Positions 1 through 8,326 of a DNA stretch of 64,000 nucleotides are shown here, piece after piece. The DNA lies in IMG/VR virus record IMGVR_UViG_3300028833_000155, positions 1,644 through 65,643 of that record. One strand, given 5' to 3'. A program made the position numbers and the translations under genes. The stretch comes from a virus. Numbering within the stretch: the first letter of the stretch is position 1; each line of letters opens with the position of its first letter. The notes beneath the pieces are model-generated. The model did not search any database. It saw only the letters and a program-made list of their open reading frames with translations, and was not told where the DNA came from.

Positions 1-117
1 AGACTCTGCTTTCTCCATTATCTCAGAAGAACCCCATTTGCCTTTGGTAACAGTCATGGCAAGTTTCTCAGTAAAATGTCTGCCATGTTTCCTGATGTAT
101 GCCTTCAATCCCCTCAT
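1..117 (-). CDS. Hypothetical protein, 5' part (runs off window start)
   Basis: ATG at 117 opens MRGLKAYIRKHGRHFTEKLA..., open to base 1; TACCTTTG promoter at 154-161 upstream. Confidence 0.6.
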   Translation of the reverse strand, partial: MRGLKAYIRKHGRHFTEKLAMTVTKGKWGSSEIMEKAES

Positions 118-153
118 TACTATAGGTATTAGTTAAACATCTTTTTGTCGCTG

Positions 154-161
154 CAAAGGTA
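154..161 (-). promoter_or_regulatory. Bacteroidetes primary-sigma -7 element
   Basis: TACCTTTG(C) on the - strand matches TAnnTTTG. Confidence 0.65.
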
Positions 162-247
162 CAAAGAATAATTCTTACTGCCAACATATTACCTGCAAAT
201 CTGCTTAAACACCTATAAATAAAGACCTTAGACCTTTATTAAACTAC

Positions 248-634
248 CTATTGTATCCTACATAATAAGTCATCCATTTTGTCCATATCATTCAAATCTT
301 TCCACTTGTACCTCAGAATCTCTACTTCTGGATACTGCTCTTGTATCTCCATAGTCCTTCTCTTGTCATGTTGCTTATGGTCATCATGGAACTTACCATC
401 CACCTCTATTATTATATTAGCGTGTGGTATGAAGAAGTCTGCTATGTAGTACCTTATTATCCAACCATCATCAGCATAGATGTAGAATATCTTCTGAGAC
501 TCATATTCTATATAGTTCTCATCGAGGAGCTCCTTCATCTTTTCCTCCAGAGGTGATGGCCATGTGTCCATTTGGTTAGCTCTATACTGGGCACTTGCCA
601 TTACTTCCCTGTTGTGTATCTCTATTCTTCCCAT
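248..634 (-). CDS. DUF559/Vsr-like endonuclease
   Basis: SPLEE...YIADFF...IIIEVDGKFH...D..R motif pattern. Confidence 0.8.
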   Translation of the reverse strand: MGRIEIHNREVMASAQYRANQMDTWPSPLEEKMKELLDENYIEYESQKIFYIYADDGWIIRYYIADFFIPHANIIIEVDGKFHDDHKQHDKRRTMEIQEQYPEVEILRYKWKDLNDMDKMDDLLCRIQ

Positions 635-642
635 TTTTCTGG

Positions 643-650
643 CAAAGATA
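643..650 (-). promoter_or_regulatory. Bacteroidetes -7 promoter element
   Basis: TATCTTTG(CC) on the - strand, 9 nt before the ATG at 634 (near-leaderless). Confidence 0.55.
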
Positions 651-927
651 TATACATTCTTCTATTATCAGGAAAACATAAGGAGAGTGGTAAGGGGAGT
701 TGAGAGTAGTAATATTTATAGAAAGTAGAGGAAAAGTGTTAAAAAATTTTGGTATGTGTAAAGACGGAGGATAACATATCACACCTCCCCCTGTCCTTGA
801 CAGTTGGGGTTCATCCCCCCCCCTGGGTCTTTGCTGACTAGCAAATTTCTGCTGTTATATATAGCAAGAATTACAGCTACTCAGCAACTGACACCAAGTA
901 GGATACCTCAGTGCCTACAACATTATC

Positions 928-939
928 AACCCTTTAAAT
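928..939 (+). promoter_or_regulatory. AACCCTTTAAA motif, first copy; others at 1875, 2192, 2616, 4887, 6367, 6409, 44799
   Basis: Six copies lie 21-22 nt upstream of ATGs (949, 1897, 2214, 2638, 4908, 6431). Confidence 0.7.
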
Positions 940-948
940 TCAACAACA

Positions 949-1254
949 ATGAACAAAAGTGAGTTCAAAGCTATCAGCACGATAGCAAAGAAGATGAACT
1001 GGCAGAACAAGCCAGTCATGGAAGTGTGTGAAACAATCAATCAGATGGTCAGGAACCAGCAGGCTCTGGAACTAGACTGTGTTGGTGAGTGTGATGATGA
1101 AGAGGATACTCTTCTTTCTATTGCCCTTTGGGATACTAATAAGATAGCATCTACTATAGTGGTCAGTGACTATCAGTCTCTAATTGCCTGGAATAGTGGA
1201 GAGTTCCTCTACATAGGAGGAACTGTTATGTATGTCGGACCTCAAAACTGGTGA
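949..1254 (+). CDS. Hypothetical early protein
   Basis: First + strand ORF, preceded by the conserved upstream motif. Confidence 0.7.
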   Translation: MNKSEFKAISTIAKKMNWQNKPVMEVCETINQMVRNQQALELDCVGECDDEEDTLLSIALWDTNKIASTIVVSDYQSLIAWNSGEFLYIGGTVMYVGPQNW

Positions 1255-1544
1255 GAATGAACAAAATGAATTTACTTGCCCTCATGGTATGGGCTATTGA
1301 CAGAGATTTACTGGAAACTTCTGTGCCAAAAGCATGGGAATTATTCCAGAAGGATGCTATTGAGTGTCAGAAGATTTATACTGATCCAAGTGATGAACTG
1401 CTATTCTGTAAGAATGTAGTTAGGATGAGCTCAATTGAGTTCTTCACAGACTATGTACTCTCTTATGCCAAGTGTAATGTTATCAGTGGCATTACAAGCT
1501 TTGGAAGATATGATAAATTAATAACTGATTACAGTAGACAATGA
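1251..1544 (+). CDS. Hypothetical protein
   Basis: Coupled to both neighbours by 4-nt overlaps. Confidence 0.65.
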   Translation: MRMNKMNLLALMVWAIDRDLLETSVPKAWELFQKDAIECQKIYTDPSDELLFCKNVVRMSSIEFFTDYVLSYAKCNVISGITSFGRYDKLITDYSRQ

Positions 1545-1798
1545 GACAGAGAACTAGGATGAATGGACTGGTGTCACACACCACTCCTTCAGGTGCTTCC
1601 TACCAAAGTGGAAAGAACAAGTGTGAAATGGGTATTAAGAAGCTTCAGAAGCTAATTGATGCAGGTTATGAACTAACAGGTGTCTCTAAGAAACCCGCTG
1701 AGGAAGAGAACTTCAAGATTGTCATGGTGTTTGGCAAGCCTATGAAGCTGACTATTGAGGAGTATAACACTCACTGGAACTTCAGAATTGACAAGTAA
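1541..1798 (+). CDS. Hypothetical protein
   Basis: ATGA overlap with the previous ORF. Confidence 0.65.
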   Translation: MRQRTRMNGLVSHTTPSGASYQSGKNKCEMGIKKLQKLIDAGYELTGVSKKPAEEENFKIVMVFGKPMKLTIEEYNTHWNFRIDK

Positions 1799-1896
1799 TT
1801 ACAATCCCCACATTCCTGTAAGATTCAGGCTAGCAAACTGACATTGATGTGGGGAACAATGCCATAAGGCAGAAAACTCTTTAAATAACAATTATT

Positions 1897-2136
1897 ATGG
1901 TAACAGATTTCAGAGAAGAGCTGAACATTCAGCAGGTAAGTGAGAATGAATTTGCCTATTGCTGGGCTAAAATAGACACAGCAGTAGAGAAACTTGTGGA
2001 CTGTGATTATGAGCAGGAGTGCTCCTATGAGGAACTAATGTCAGCAGTATGTATTCATGGTTTTGATGCTGACAAAGTACACAATCACTTCCTTAGTAAC
2101 CCCTGTGATTCAATCACTTTAACAGATGAATACTAA
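1897..2136 (+). CDS. Hypothetical protein
   Basis: Upstream AACTCTTTAAATA motif. Confidence 0.65.
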   Translation: MVTDFREELNIQQVSENEFAYCWAKIDTAVEKLVDCDYEQECSYEELMSAVCIHGFDADKVHNHFLSNPCDSITLTDEY

Positions 2137-2213
2137 CCTGTAACCTATCAAGGTAAAGCAGCTCCACCTTACACAAAGTGAGCTGCACAATAACCCTTTA
2201 AATACAAAATAAT

Positions 2214-2579
2214 ATGGAACTGAAGAAATTTAACTGCTGCATTTGTGGCAAGGAGGAAGACCCTAATGAGTGGGTCAAGGACTGTGGTGAAGCATTGGTG
2301 AAGCATCAAATGTGCTTTGAGTGTAATCACTGGAGAGAACAACATGAGCTTGACCATACTACAAGAGGTAAGTATGGCTGGGCAATCATTGATGGTAGCC
2401 ATTATACCCTTCACCCTCATACTGAGGGTATAAGAGGAATGTATGGCCGCACATACAAGATTAAGTTTAATGATGGCACTGTTGTAGAGTGTGATAACCT
2501 CTGGCATCAAGGTGACTTGAATAAGGCTGCAAAGCACTGGAGAGAACTGATGTCTGACAATGCTAAGATAATTCAATAA
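2214..2579 (+). CDS. Hypothetical protein with CxxC..CxxC zinc-binding N-terminus
   Basis: CCIC...CFEC; C-terminal NLWHQG. Confidence 0.7.
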   Translation: MELKKFNCCICGKEEDPNEWVKDCGEALVKHQMCFECNHWREQHELDHTTRGKYGWAIIDGSHYTLHPHTEGIRGMYGRTYKIKFNDGTVVECDNLWHQGDLNKAAKHWRELMSDNAKIIQ

Positions 2580-2585
2580 ACTATT

Positions 2586-2613
2586 AGGGGAGTAGGAAAC
2601 TCCTGCTCCCTTT
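2586..2613 (+). terminator. Hairpin, terminator-like
   Basis: AGGGGAGTAGGA-AAC-TCCTGCTCCCTT. Confidence 0.45.
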
Positions 2614-2637
2614 CTAACCCTTTAAATAACAAGCATT

Positions 2638-3027
2638 ATGAAGAAAAATGAAATCTTCACCTTCATAGCTCCCAATGGGGTTGAGGTGACAGCAGTTGTG
2701 ATTGACTGCCTTGGCACATGTAACTTTGAAGAAGTAGAGGACAGTAAGCATTGGGATGAAAAGTATCTCTGCTATGCCCAGAACAGGCTATTCTATTACA
2801 CTGAGTGGATACAGATAGACAAGGTGATTGATGATGACTTTGTGCCTACTAATGATGAAGAGAATGATTGGTATTATGCCATCAGGTATCATTCACATGA
2901 GGTTAAGACTACTGGTTCTTCACAGAAGATACTGGTTGACTACTGTATTCTCCCTGACTATGATGATATGCTTGAAGCATATTTAGACCATCAGGTTACT
3001 TTGGCTGAAGAACAATCAGGAATGTGA
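2638..3027 (+). CDS. Hypothetical acidic protein
   Basis: Upstream motif; 129-aa ORF. Confidence 0.7.
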   Translation: MKKNEIFTFIAPNGVEVTAVVIDCLGTCNFEEVEDSKHWDEKYLCYAQNRLFYYTEWIQIDKVIDDDFVPTNDEENDWYYAIRYHSHEVKTTGSSQKILVDYCILPDYDDMLEAYLDHQVTLAEEQSGM

Positions 3028-3137
3028 TGTATAAAGTATTTGACTCTCTGGGGAACTTCATGAGGAGGTTCCCCACTTACAAGCAGGCTGTTACATACAG
3101 GCTGGCTTATGGAAATAAATGTTGGACAATTAAATAA
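3027..3137 (+). CDS. Small hypothetical protein (36 aa, not in ORF track)
   Basis: TGATG overlap; MYKVFDSLGNFMRRFPTYKQAVTYRLAYGNKCWTIK. Confidence 0.55.
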   Translation: MYKVFDSLGNFMRRFPTYKQAVTYRLAYGNKCWTIK

Positions 3138-3162
3138 CTACAAATTAAAAACAATTAAAATT

Positions 3163-3531
3163 ATGGCAAAGTTTGATGTAAAGGCTATAGCAGCCATGAA
3201 GGAGGTCTTTGTTAAGGCCCAGTATGTAAAGCGTGAGTGGAAGACTGATGAGACATGTACAATGACTCTCAGTGAGTATGCAGAACTGATTGACCCTGCT
3301 TTCAAATATGTAGAGGGCAACCCTGTAGTCATTGCTAAGGAGAGAAAGGATGGAGGCATCTTCACTAAGATGGCCATCCAGTTGAAGGGAGGCTCTATGG
3401 TAGAATATGACCTGTCCTATGAGAATGACTTTGAGGAGGGTGATGAGATTCAGCTTGATACCCTGACCTTCTGCATTGAGAAGTGTCTAGACAAGTCTCA
3501 TGGTTATGCCACTGGTGAAATTGTAGCATGA
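3163..3531 (+). CDS. Hypothetical beta-rich protein, paralog of 3922..4323
   Basis: Start at 3163 follows an A-rich leader; DG...KGGS.VE...FEEGDEI pattern shared with 3922. Confidence 0.7.
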   Translation: MAKFDVKAIAAMKEVFVKAQYVKREWKTDETCTMTLSEYAELIDPAFKYVEGNPVVIAKERKDGGIFTKMAIQLKGGSMVEYDLSYENDFEEGDEIQLDTLTFCIEKCLDKSHGYATGEIVA

Positions 3532-3677
3532 AGTAATAACAACCCTGTGTGACAGACAGGGCTATTTAATGACCTTTTAAATAACAGAAATTTGAAGAAG
3601 CAAGAAGATATAAAGCTAATTGGGAAGAGAATGAATGGATGGGATTCATACATAAGTGTGAAGGTAATTATTAACTG

Positions 3678-3720
3678 AAAAAAGGGAAGTCTGGCCTTAT
3701 GGTTAGATTTCCCTTTTTTA
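3678..3720 (+). terminator. Intrinsic terminator
   Basis: AAAAAGGGAAGTCTGGCC...GGTTAGATTTCCCTTTTT. Confidence 0.6.
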
Positions 3721-3921
3721 TTTTTATTCATTTTTATAGCGACTTATTTATACCTTTCTTTCTTTTATATTTCTTTCTTTAGTTAAAGTCTAGACATATA
3801 CTTGTTTTTGTTTTTAACAAAATATCACGTCTTACCTTTTTTGCAGGAGTTATTTGAGTCCTTGGCTTAGATACCCTGTCACAGTTCACATTATTTATTA
3901 ACAGTTTAAAGTTTAAGTATT

Positions 3922-4323
3922 ATGGCAACTATTAGCAAAAGTTTCCTGGCAGTAGCAAGTAACTCAGTGTTTAACAAGTCAGAGTGGGTTCCCACGGGTG
4001 ATGCCTTCACATTGAAGGAGATCTGTGATGCCACTGGTATGTTCAACCTCGATGATGTAAAAGGGGATGAAGCGGAAATTACAGCCGCAGAGTTCTCTGA
4101 TGGCTCTACCAGTCTGCGCATCACTGTACCCTTCAAGAATGGTTCCAGCATTGAGTTGAAGGCTGGTAAGGCCATCCAGAACGGCTATGATGAAGGTGAC
4201 AAGGTTAAGATTGACCTCATCTATGGCCAGGAGCTGAAGAAGGCAGGACAACCCAGTATTGTGAGGTATGACGTGTGGGAGTCTGAAGAAGAAAAGGAAG
4301 AGTACTTGGCCAAGAGAGGCTAA
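3922..4323 (+). CDS. Hypothetical beta-rich protein, paralog of 3163..3531
   Basis: DG...KNGS.IE...YDEGDKV pattern. Confidence 0.75.
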   Translation: MATISKSFLAVASNSVFNKSEWVPTGDAFTLKEICDATGMFNLDDVKGDEAEITAAEFSDGSTSLRITVPFKNGSSIELKAGKAIQNGYDEGDKVKIDLIYGQELKKAGQPSIVRYDVWESEEEKEEYLAKRG

Positions 4324-4331
4324 GACAAGTA

Positions 4332-4372
4332 CAAGGGAAGGTGGCTTTGTCCACCTTCCTTTATATTTTTTT
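4332..4372 (+). terminator. Intrinsic terminator
   Basis: GGAAGGTGG-CTTTGT-CCACCTTCC followed by a T-rich tract. Confidence 0.6.
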
Positions 4373-4907
4373 CACTCGTACCTTGCGACTTACCTCAGGG
4401 TCTATAGTGCATACTTCCCTGTTTATTTTTATTTTTTTGCCCTTGGGACACAGTACTTAGCCCCGTTAAGATACAAAGCAAGAAGGTTGGAGTGTTAAAA
4501 TGCAAAGAACTTAAATGTTAATAATTAACAGTTGAAGTGCTATTTTATGTTTTATAGTTTAGAATATAGAAGTATGGATAGGAGGGAGGACATATACCCT
4601 CTTCCCACAATTCCTCTATTTTCTGGAAAACTATTCTACATATTGCATTAAACATAGAATATTATACTTTTTGCTTTCCTACTTCTACCATTTTGGGCTT
4701 TACTTTACCTATTTAACCCTGTTATTTTTCTCCTTTTAAGAATCTCAACAGTACAAATCTTATTTTAATTTTACCTAAATATGTTAGAATCCATAGGCAT
4801 TTTATTTACAATAGGCTATTGCTAATTACTTTAGGCATTATAGTCTTTTTATTTAGCAAAACCAATAAACAAATAATCAATACAATAACCCTTTAAACAA
4901 ACATAAC

Positions 4908-5237
4908 ATGAATAAAATATTTGATAAAGAATTTAGAGAAGCTCTAATGGACACATTAGAAGAAGCAGGAATTGAAGAAAATAAAGCAGTATCAATCGTT
5001 TCTTCCAGATACAAAGAAGCACTGAAACAAGTTGTAACAGACAGATTAGAACTAGTTGTTTCTCTAATTAAAGATGATAAATACAAGGAACTATCTGAGT
5101 TTTGTTCTTATAGTCCCGCTGGGGATTGTATGGGATGTGATAATGTCTATATTAATTTCTCCGATGCTTGTGATATAAAAGACATTGGAGATTTCATACA
5201 TACAATGGATAAAGATGTAAGTATGAAAGCATGGTGA
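4908..5237 (+). CDS. Hypothetical protein
   Basis: Upstream motif; YSPAGDCMGCDN segment. Confidence 0.7.
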   Translation: MNKIFDKEFREALMDTLEEAGIEENKAVSIVSSRYKEALKQVVTDRLELVVSLIKDDKYKELSEFCSYSPAGDCMGCDNVYINFSDACDIKDIGDFIHTMDKDVSMKAW

Positions 5238-5707
5238 CTATGACAATATCCCAAGGCTACAGAATGGCACAGACTGCATATCATAAGCAGCCTTACTTTG
5301 ACTATCCTTATATAGGTATTCTTGATGAGAATGAAAAAGAAGTAATAAACAGGTTAGAGAGTAATGTGTAAACTAAAATAAATAGAATTATGAAAGCTAG
5401 AGAAGTAGCAACAATCTTATACGCTTATATCGAAGCCTACCCGGATGTAGAACTAACCTTTGCAAACAATAAGGTTCCTGTCACCAAAATCATCTATGAT
5501 AAGAAAACAGATTCAATTAATTTGAGATAAAAAGTCTCTTCGTAAGACATCAAGGAGGAGTCACACAAGAAATGTTTTCTTTTCAATGCCATAAATAATG
5601 AGAATAAAGTGGCTCCTCCAAACTATTAGACTATAGGGAGAGTACCAAATGTGTTATAGTCTGAATGCAGGACAACCAATATAGTCCATATTAAATCTCT
5701 CCAACCT

Positions 5708-6286
5708 GTTCCCTTAGCTCAATTGGATAGAGCAACGGCCTTCTATGTAAATTGGATGCATAGGCGAGAAATCCCTATGTAGAATCTCCTAAATTCGGTG
5801 TAAATCCTTTACTTGCAAAGAAAAGTATAGTAGAAAAACATTAAGTAGTCCTAAACTGACTTCGTGGGCTTATAAGGATGAGAAAAGCAAGTAATACACA
5901 CTAACCAATAATGTGTAAGGACTATACCGAGCGAAAATGAGTGATTATGCCTTCAAATGCATGTCAAGATTGGGATAACAAGTTAACCTCATCAATCGTG
6001 TAGAGACTGAACGGGAGATACCTAAGTTGGAATTATACCTCATATACGTGTCCATAAGATTGTAAAAACAGTAAATGGGCAGCCATTTAATCGGAATGAG
6101 ACTTGCAAGAATTTCAATATGGTAAAGAAACAGTCCAGACCACAACAAACACAAGTCTTTAGGCAACCTCTCTAAGAGCAGCATAAGACTATAGAGGTAA
6201 TAGTGCAAGAATTCTAAAGTGTTTGGCTATGGTAACATAGAGTGGCAGGAAGCCGTAGGTTGTGGGTTCGAGTCCCACAGGGAACA
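5708..6286 (+). tRNA. tRNA-Arg(UCU) split by a group I intron; exons 5708-5744 and 6250-6286
   Basis: Joined exons fold into a cloverleaf: GTTCCCT/AGGGAAC acceptor, GCTC/GAGC D stem, ACGGC/GCCGT anticodon stem with loop CT-TCT-AA, GTGGG-TTCGAGT-CCCAC T arm; no encoded CCA. Confidence 0.9.
5745..6249 (+). mobile_element. Group I intron (505 nt, no ORF) in the tRNA anticodon loop after position 36
   Basis: 5' exon ends in U and the intron ends in G; P1 UCU/GGA(5754-5756) with U.G; P4 elements AAATTCGGTG(5791) and ATACCGAGC(~5924); P7 GACTG(6005)/CAGTC(6131). Confidence 0.88.
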
Positions 6287-6319
6287 CAACATTTTCATGT
6301 TATTTAAAGGGTTTGTTAT

Positions 6320-6364
6320 ATGGGGGAGTGGAAGGTAATAATGCCTTCTTCTCCCTCCATTTTT
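6320..6364 (+). terminator. Terminator downstream of tRNA-Arg(UCU)
   Basis: ATGGGGGAG..GAAGG/CCTTC..CTCCCTCCAT followed by TTTT. Confidence 0.6.
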
Positions 6365-6430
6365 ATAACTCTTTAAATAATCCATAGCATACAACTCATT
6401 TTATTATAAACCCTTTAATATAATGTTATT

Positions 6431-6685
6431 ATGACACCAAAAGATTTAGCAGTTCGGGACATCTATAATGACCTGAGTGAGCAGGGAAAGTCATTTCTTG
6501 CATTCCACAATGAACTCAACCCTGCAATAAGGAAGATAGTATCTTCCCAGATTAGGGAGCAAGTCAGTATCACTAACCCCTTCAATCTGCCTGTCAGACA
6601 TAAGTCTCAATTAATTGCAAGATGTTTTTTCTGCAAAGGTAATGTCCAATATGAAAACTATAATAAGTATTATGAGAATAAATAG
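6431..6685 (+). CDS. Hypothetical protein
   Basis: Upstream AACCCTTTAATA motif at -22. Confidence 0.55.
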   Translation: MTPKDLAVRDIYNDLSEQGKSFLAFHNELNPAIRKIVSSQIREQVSITNPFNLPVRHKSQLIARCFFCKGNVQYENYNKYYENK

Positions 6686-6811
6686 TTTCTATAAAAATCT
6701 ATTCCATAACCTCATGGAGAATCTACTTATCCTTATTGCAGGATTGGTATTTGCTATAGCTCTTCTTGCTACTATATGTGGTGATGGTAATAAAGGAATA
6801 GTCGACTTGCT

Positions 6812-7042
6812 ATGATTAGATACAGGGACCTTGTTCAGTACACCAAGGAGAATCATGTCAATTGGAATACAGACCTCTTTGATGTACTGAGAGGTTTCTT
6901 TGATTCCTATAGCCAGAAGTATTCATCACCTCTACCCTCTACAACTCCCATTCAGCAGGAACTTATCTTACCAAAGAAGTTCAAAGAGCCTGATAATAGA
7001 GAATATACTACCGAAGACCTAATTAATTTATTCTCAACATAA
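6812..7042 (+). CDS. Hypothetical protein
   Basis: ORF track; fits the gene-dense + strand. Confidence 0.55.
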   Translation: MIRYRDLVQYTKENHVNWNTDLFDVLRGFFDSYSQKYSSPLPSTTPIQQELILPKKFKEPDNREYTTEDLINLFST

Positions 7043-7162
7043 TAAATATTAAAGATAACTAATATAAGAAAGATTATCCCATTAACACATAATTATGGAA
7101 GAATATTTGATAACTCTTACAATTATAGCACTGTAAAGGCTATCAACAGACACGCAGATGCT

Positions 7163-7471
7163 TTGTTGATGGCAGATATAAAGCCTACACTGAAAATGAG
7201 AAGAATAAACATTAATAATCCAGAGGAACTGAAAAAGTTCAAAATGGAAACAAGTGGCTTCATATCAACTTATGGTTTTCCATACAGACTTGATGACCTT
7301 ACAGAAAAAGGTGCTAATTATACCGTGTTCTGTCCTCTCAGATGGAAATCTGCATTCTCTCCAGCAAAGTTACATAAATTGTTGCAGGAAGATGTTGATG
7401 CTGACGTAATAAAAGTTGAGTACATTGACTTTGTTAAAGAAGAAATAGAAGATAAAACAAAGAAAATATGA
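7163..7471 (+). CDS. Hypothetical protein
   Basis: ORF track; overlaps the next start. Confidence 0.55.
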   Translation: MLMADIKPTLKMRRININNPEELKKFKMETSGFISTYGFPYRLDDLTEKGANYTVFCPLRWKSAFSPAKLHKLLQEDVDADVIKVEYIDFVKEEIEDKTKKI

Positions 7472-7737
7472 AACGTAAATTACTTTTAACCCTATTAACA
7501 CTTGCATCCTTAATGATGATAGGATGCTATCAAGTAAAGGCTTACCACGATAAGCAAATAAAGCTTGTTGGAGATTATAGACTTGAAACTATTGAATATC
7601 AAGGTTGTGAATATATTGTAATGCAAAGTCATTGGAAACAACAAGGTACAATGATACACAAAGGCAACTGTCGCTTCTGTAAGGAGCGCAGGCAGAAAGA
7701 ATTGGAAAAGTTGGTTAAACAATTAAAGGAGAAATAA
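7468..7737 (+). CDS. Putative lipoprotein
   Basis: MKRK, hydrophobic stretch, then a lipobox-like MIGC. Confidence 0.6.
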   Translation: MKRKLLLTLLTLASLMMIGCYQVKAYHDKQIKLVGDYRLETIEYQGCEYIVMQSHWKQQGTMIHKGNCRFCKERRQKELEKLVKQLKEK

Positions 7738-7739
7738 CT

Positions 7740-8120
7740 ATGGCAACAATTAAATCATTTACAGACTTGCAACAGTCAAAGAAGTTGGCAGAGATATTGC
7801 CACTTGAAAGTGCGGATATGATGTATCAAAAATATGAAACTGTTGTTATTGGTGATGATTATGGATATAAATATAGAATACAGCCCTTTTTTAGCTCTAA
7901 TATTGATAGTATTCCTTGTTGGAGTCTTGCAGCATTGCTTAGTGTTTTGCCAGATTCAATATATGAGAATACAGATGAGTATAGTCAGTTAGAGTTTTCA
8001 AAGAACAGCGTGGCTTACCATGATTTGAATGATGGAATTAAAATAGGCTCACTTAAAGGCAATCTAATTGATGCTTGCTACGAACTTATATTAAAGTTAC
8101 ATAAACTTAATTTGTTGTGA
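7740..8120 (+). CDS. Hypothetical phage protein
   Basis: TDLQQSKKL...PCWSLAALL pattern; tightly packed operon. Confidence 0.65.
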   Translation: MATIKSFTDLQQSKKLAEILPLESADMMYQKYETVVIGDDYGYKYRIQPFFSSNIDSIPCWSLAALLSVLPDSIYENTDEYSQLEFSKNSVAYHDLNDGIKIGSLKGNLIDACYELILKLHKLNLL

Positions 8121-8323
8121 TTATGGAAAAAATTAAATGTGTTATATCAGAAAATGGAACTATAATTCCTATACATAATATTAGTGCAATATCAGGTGAG
8201 CATAGTTCTTACTATGTTTGGACTAATAGAGATACTGAGCCTATTGGATATAAATTATCTGACGAGCAGTATAATGCTCTTTTAAGAGAATTAGAATATA
8301 TTGGTGGTAAATTTATTGATTAA
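8117..8323 (+). CDS. Hypothetical protein
   Basis: ORF track; tight packing. Confidence 0.55.
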   Translation: MIMEKIKCVISENGTIIPIHNISAISGEHSSYYVWTNRDTEPIGYKLSDEQYNALLRELEYIGGKFID

Positions 8324-8326
8324 ATT

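Noticed and set aside
5945-6208. 87-aa - strand ORF inside the tRNA intron
   Set aside because: Antisense to the ribozyme core with no endonuclease motif
5743-6249. Alternative splice giving anticodon UCG (cut after C5743, intron ending at G6248)
   Set aside because: P1 places the U.G pair at U5744 and the guide UU pairs with the 3' exon AA, which supports UCU
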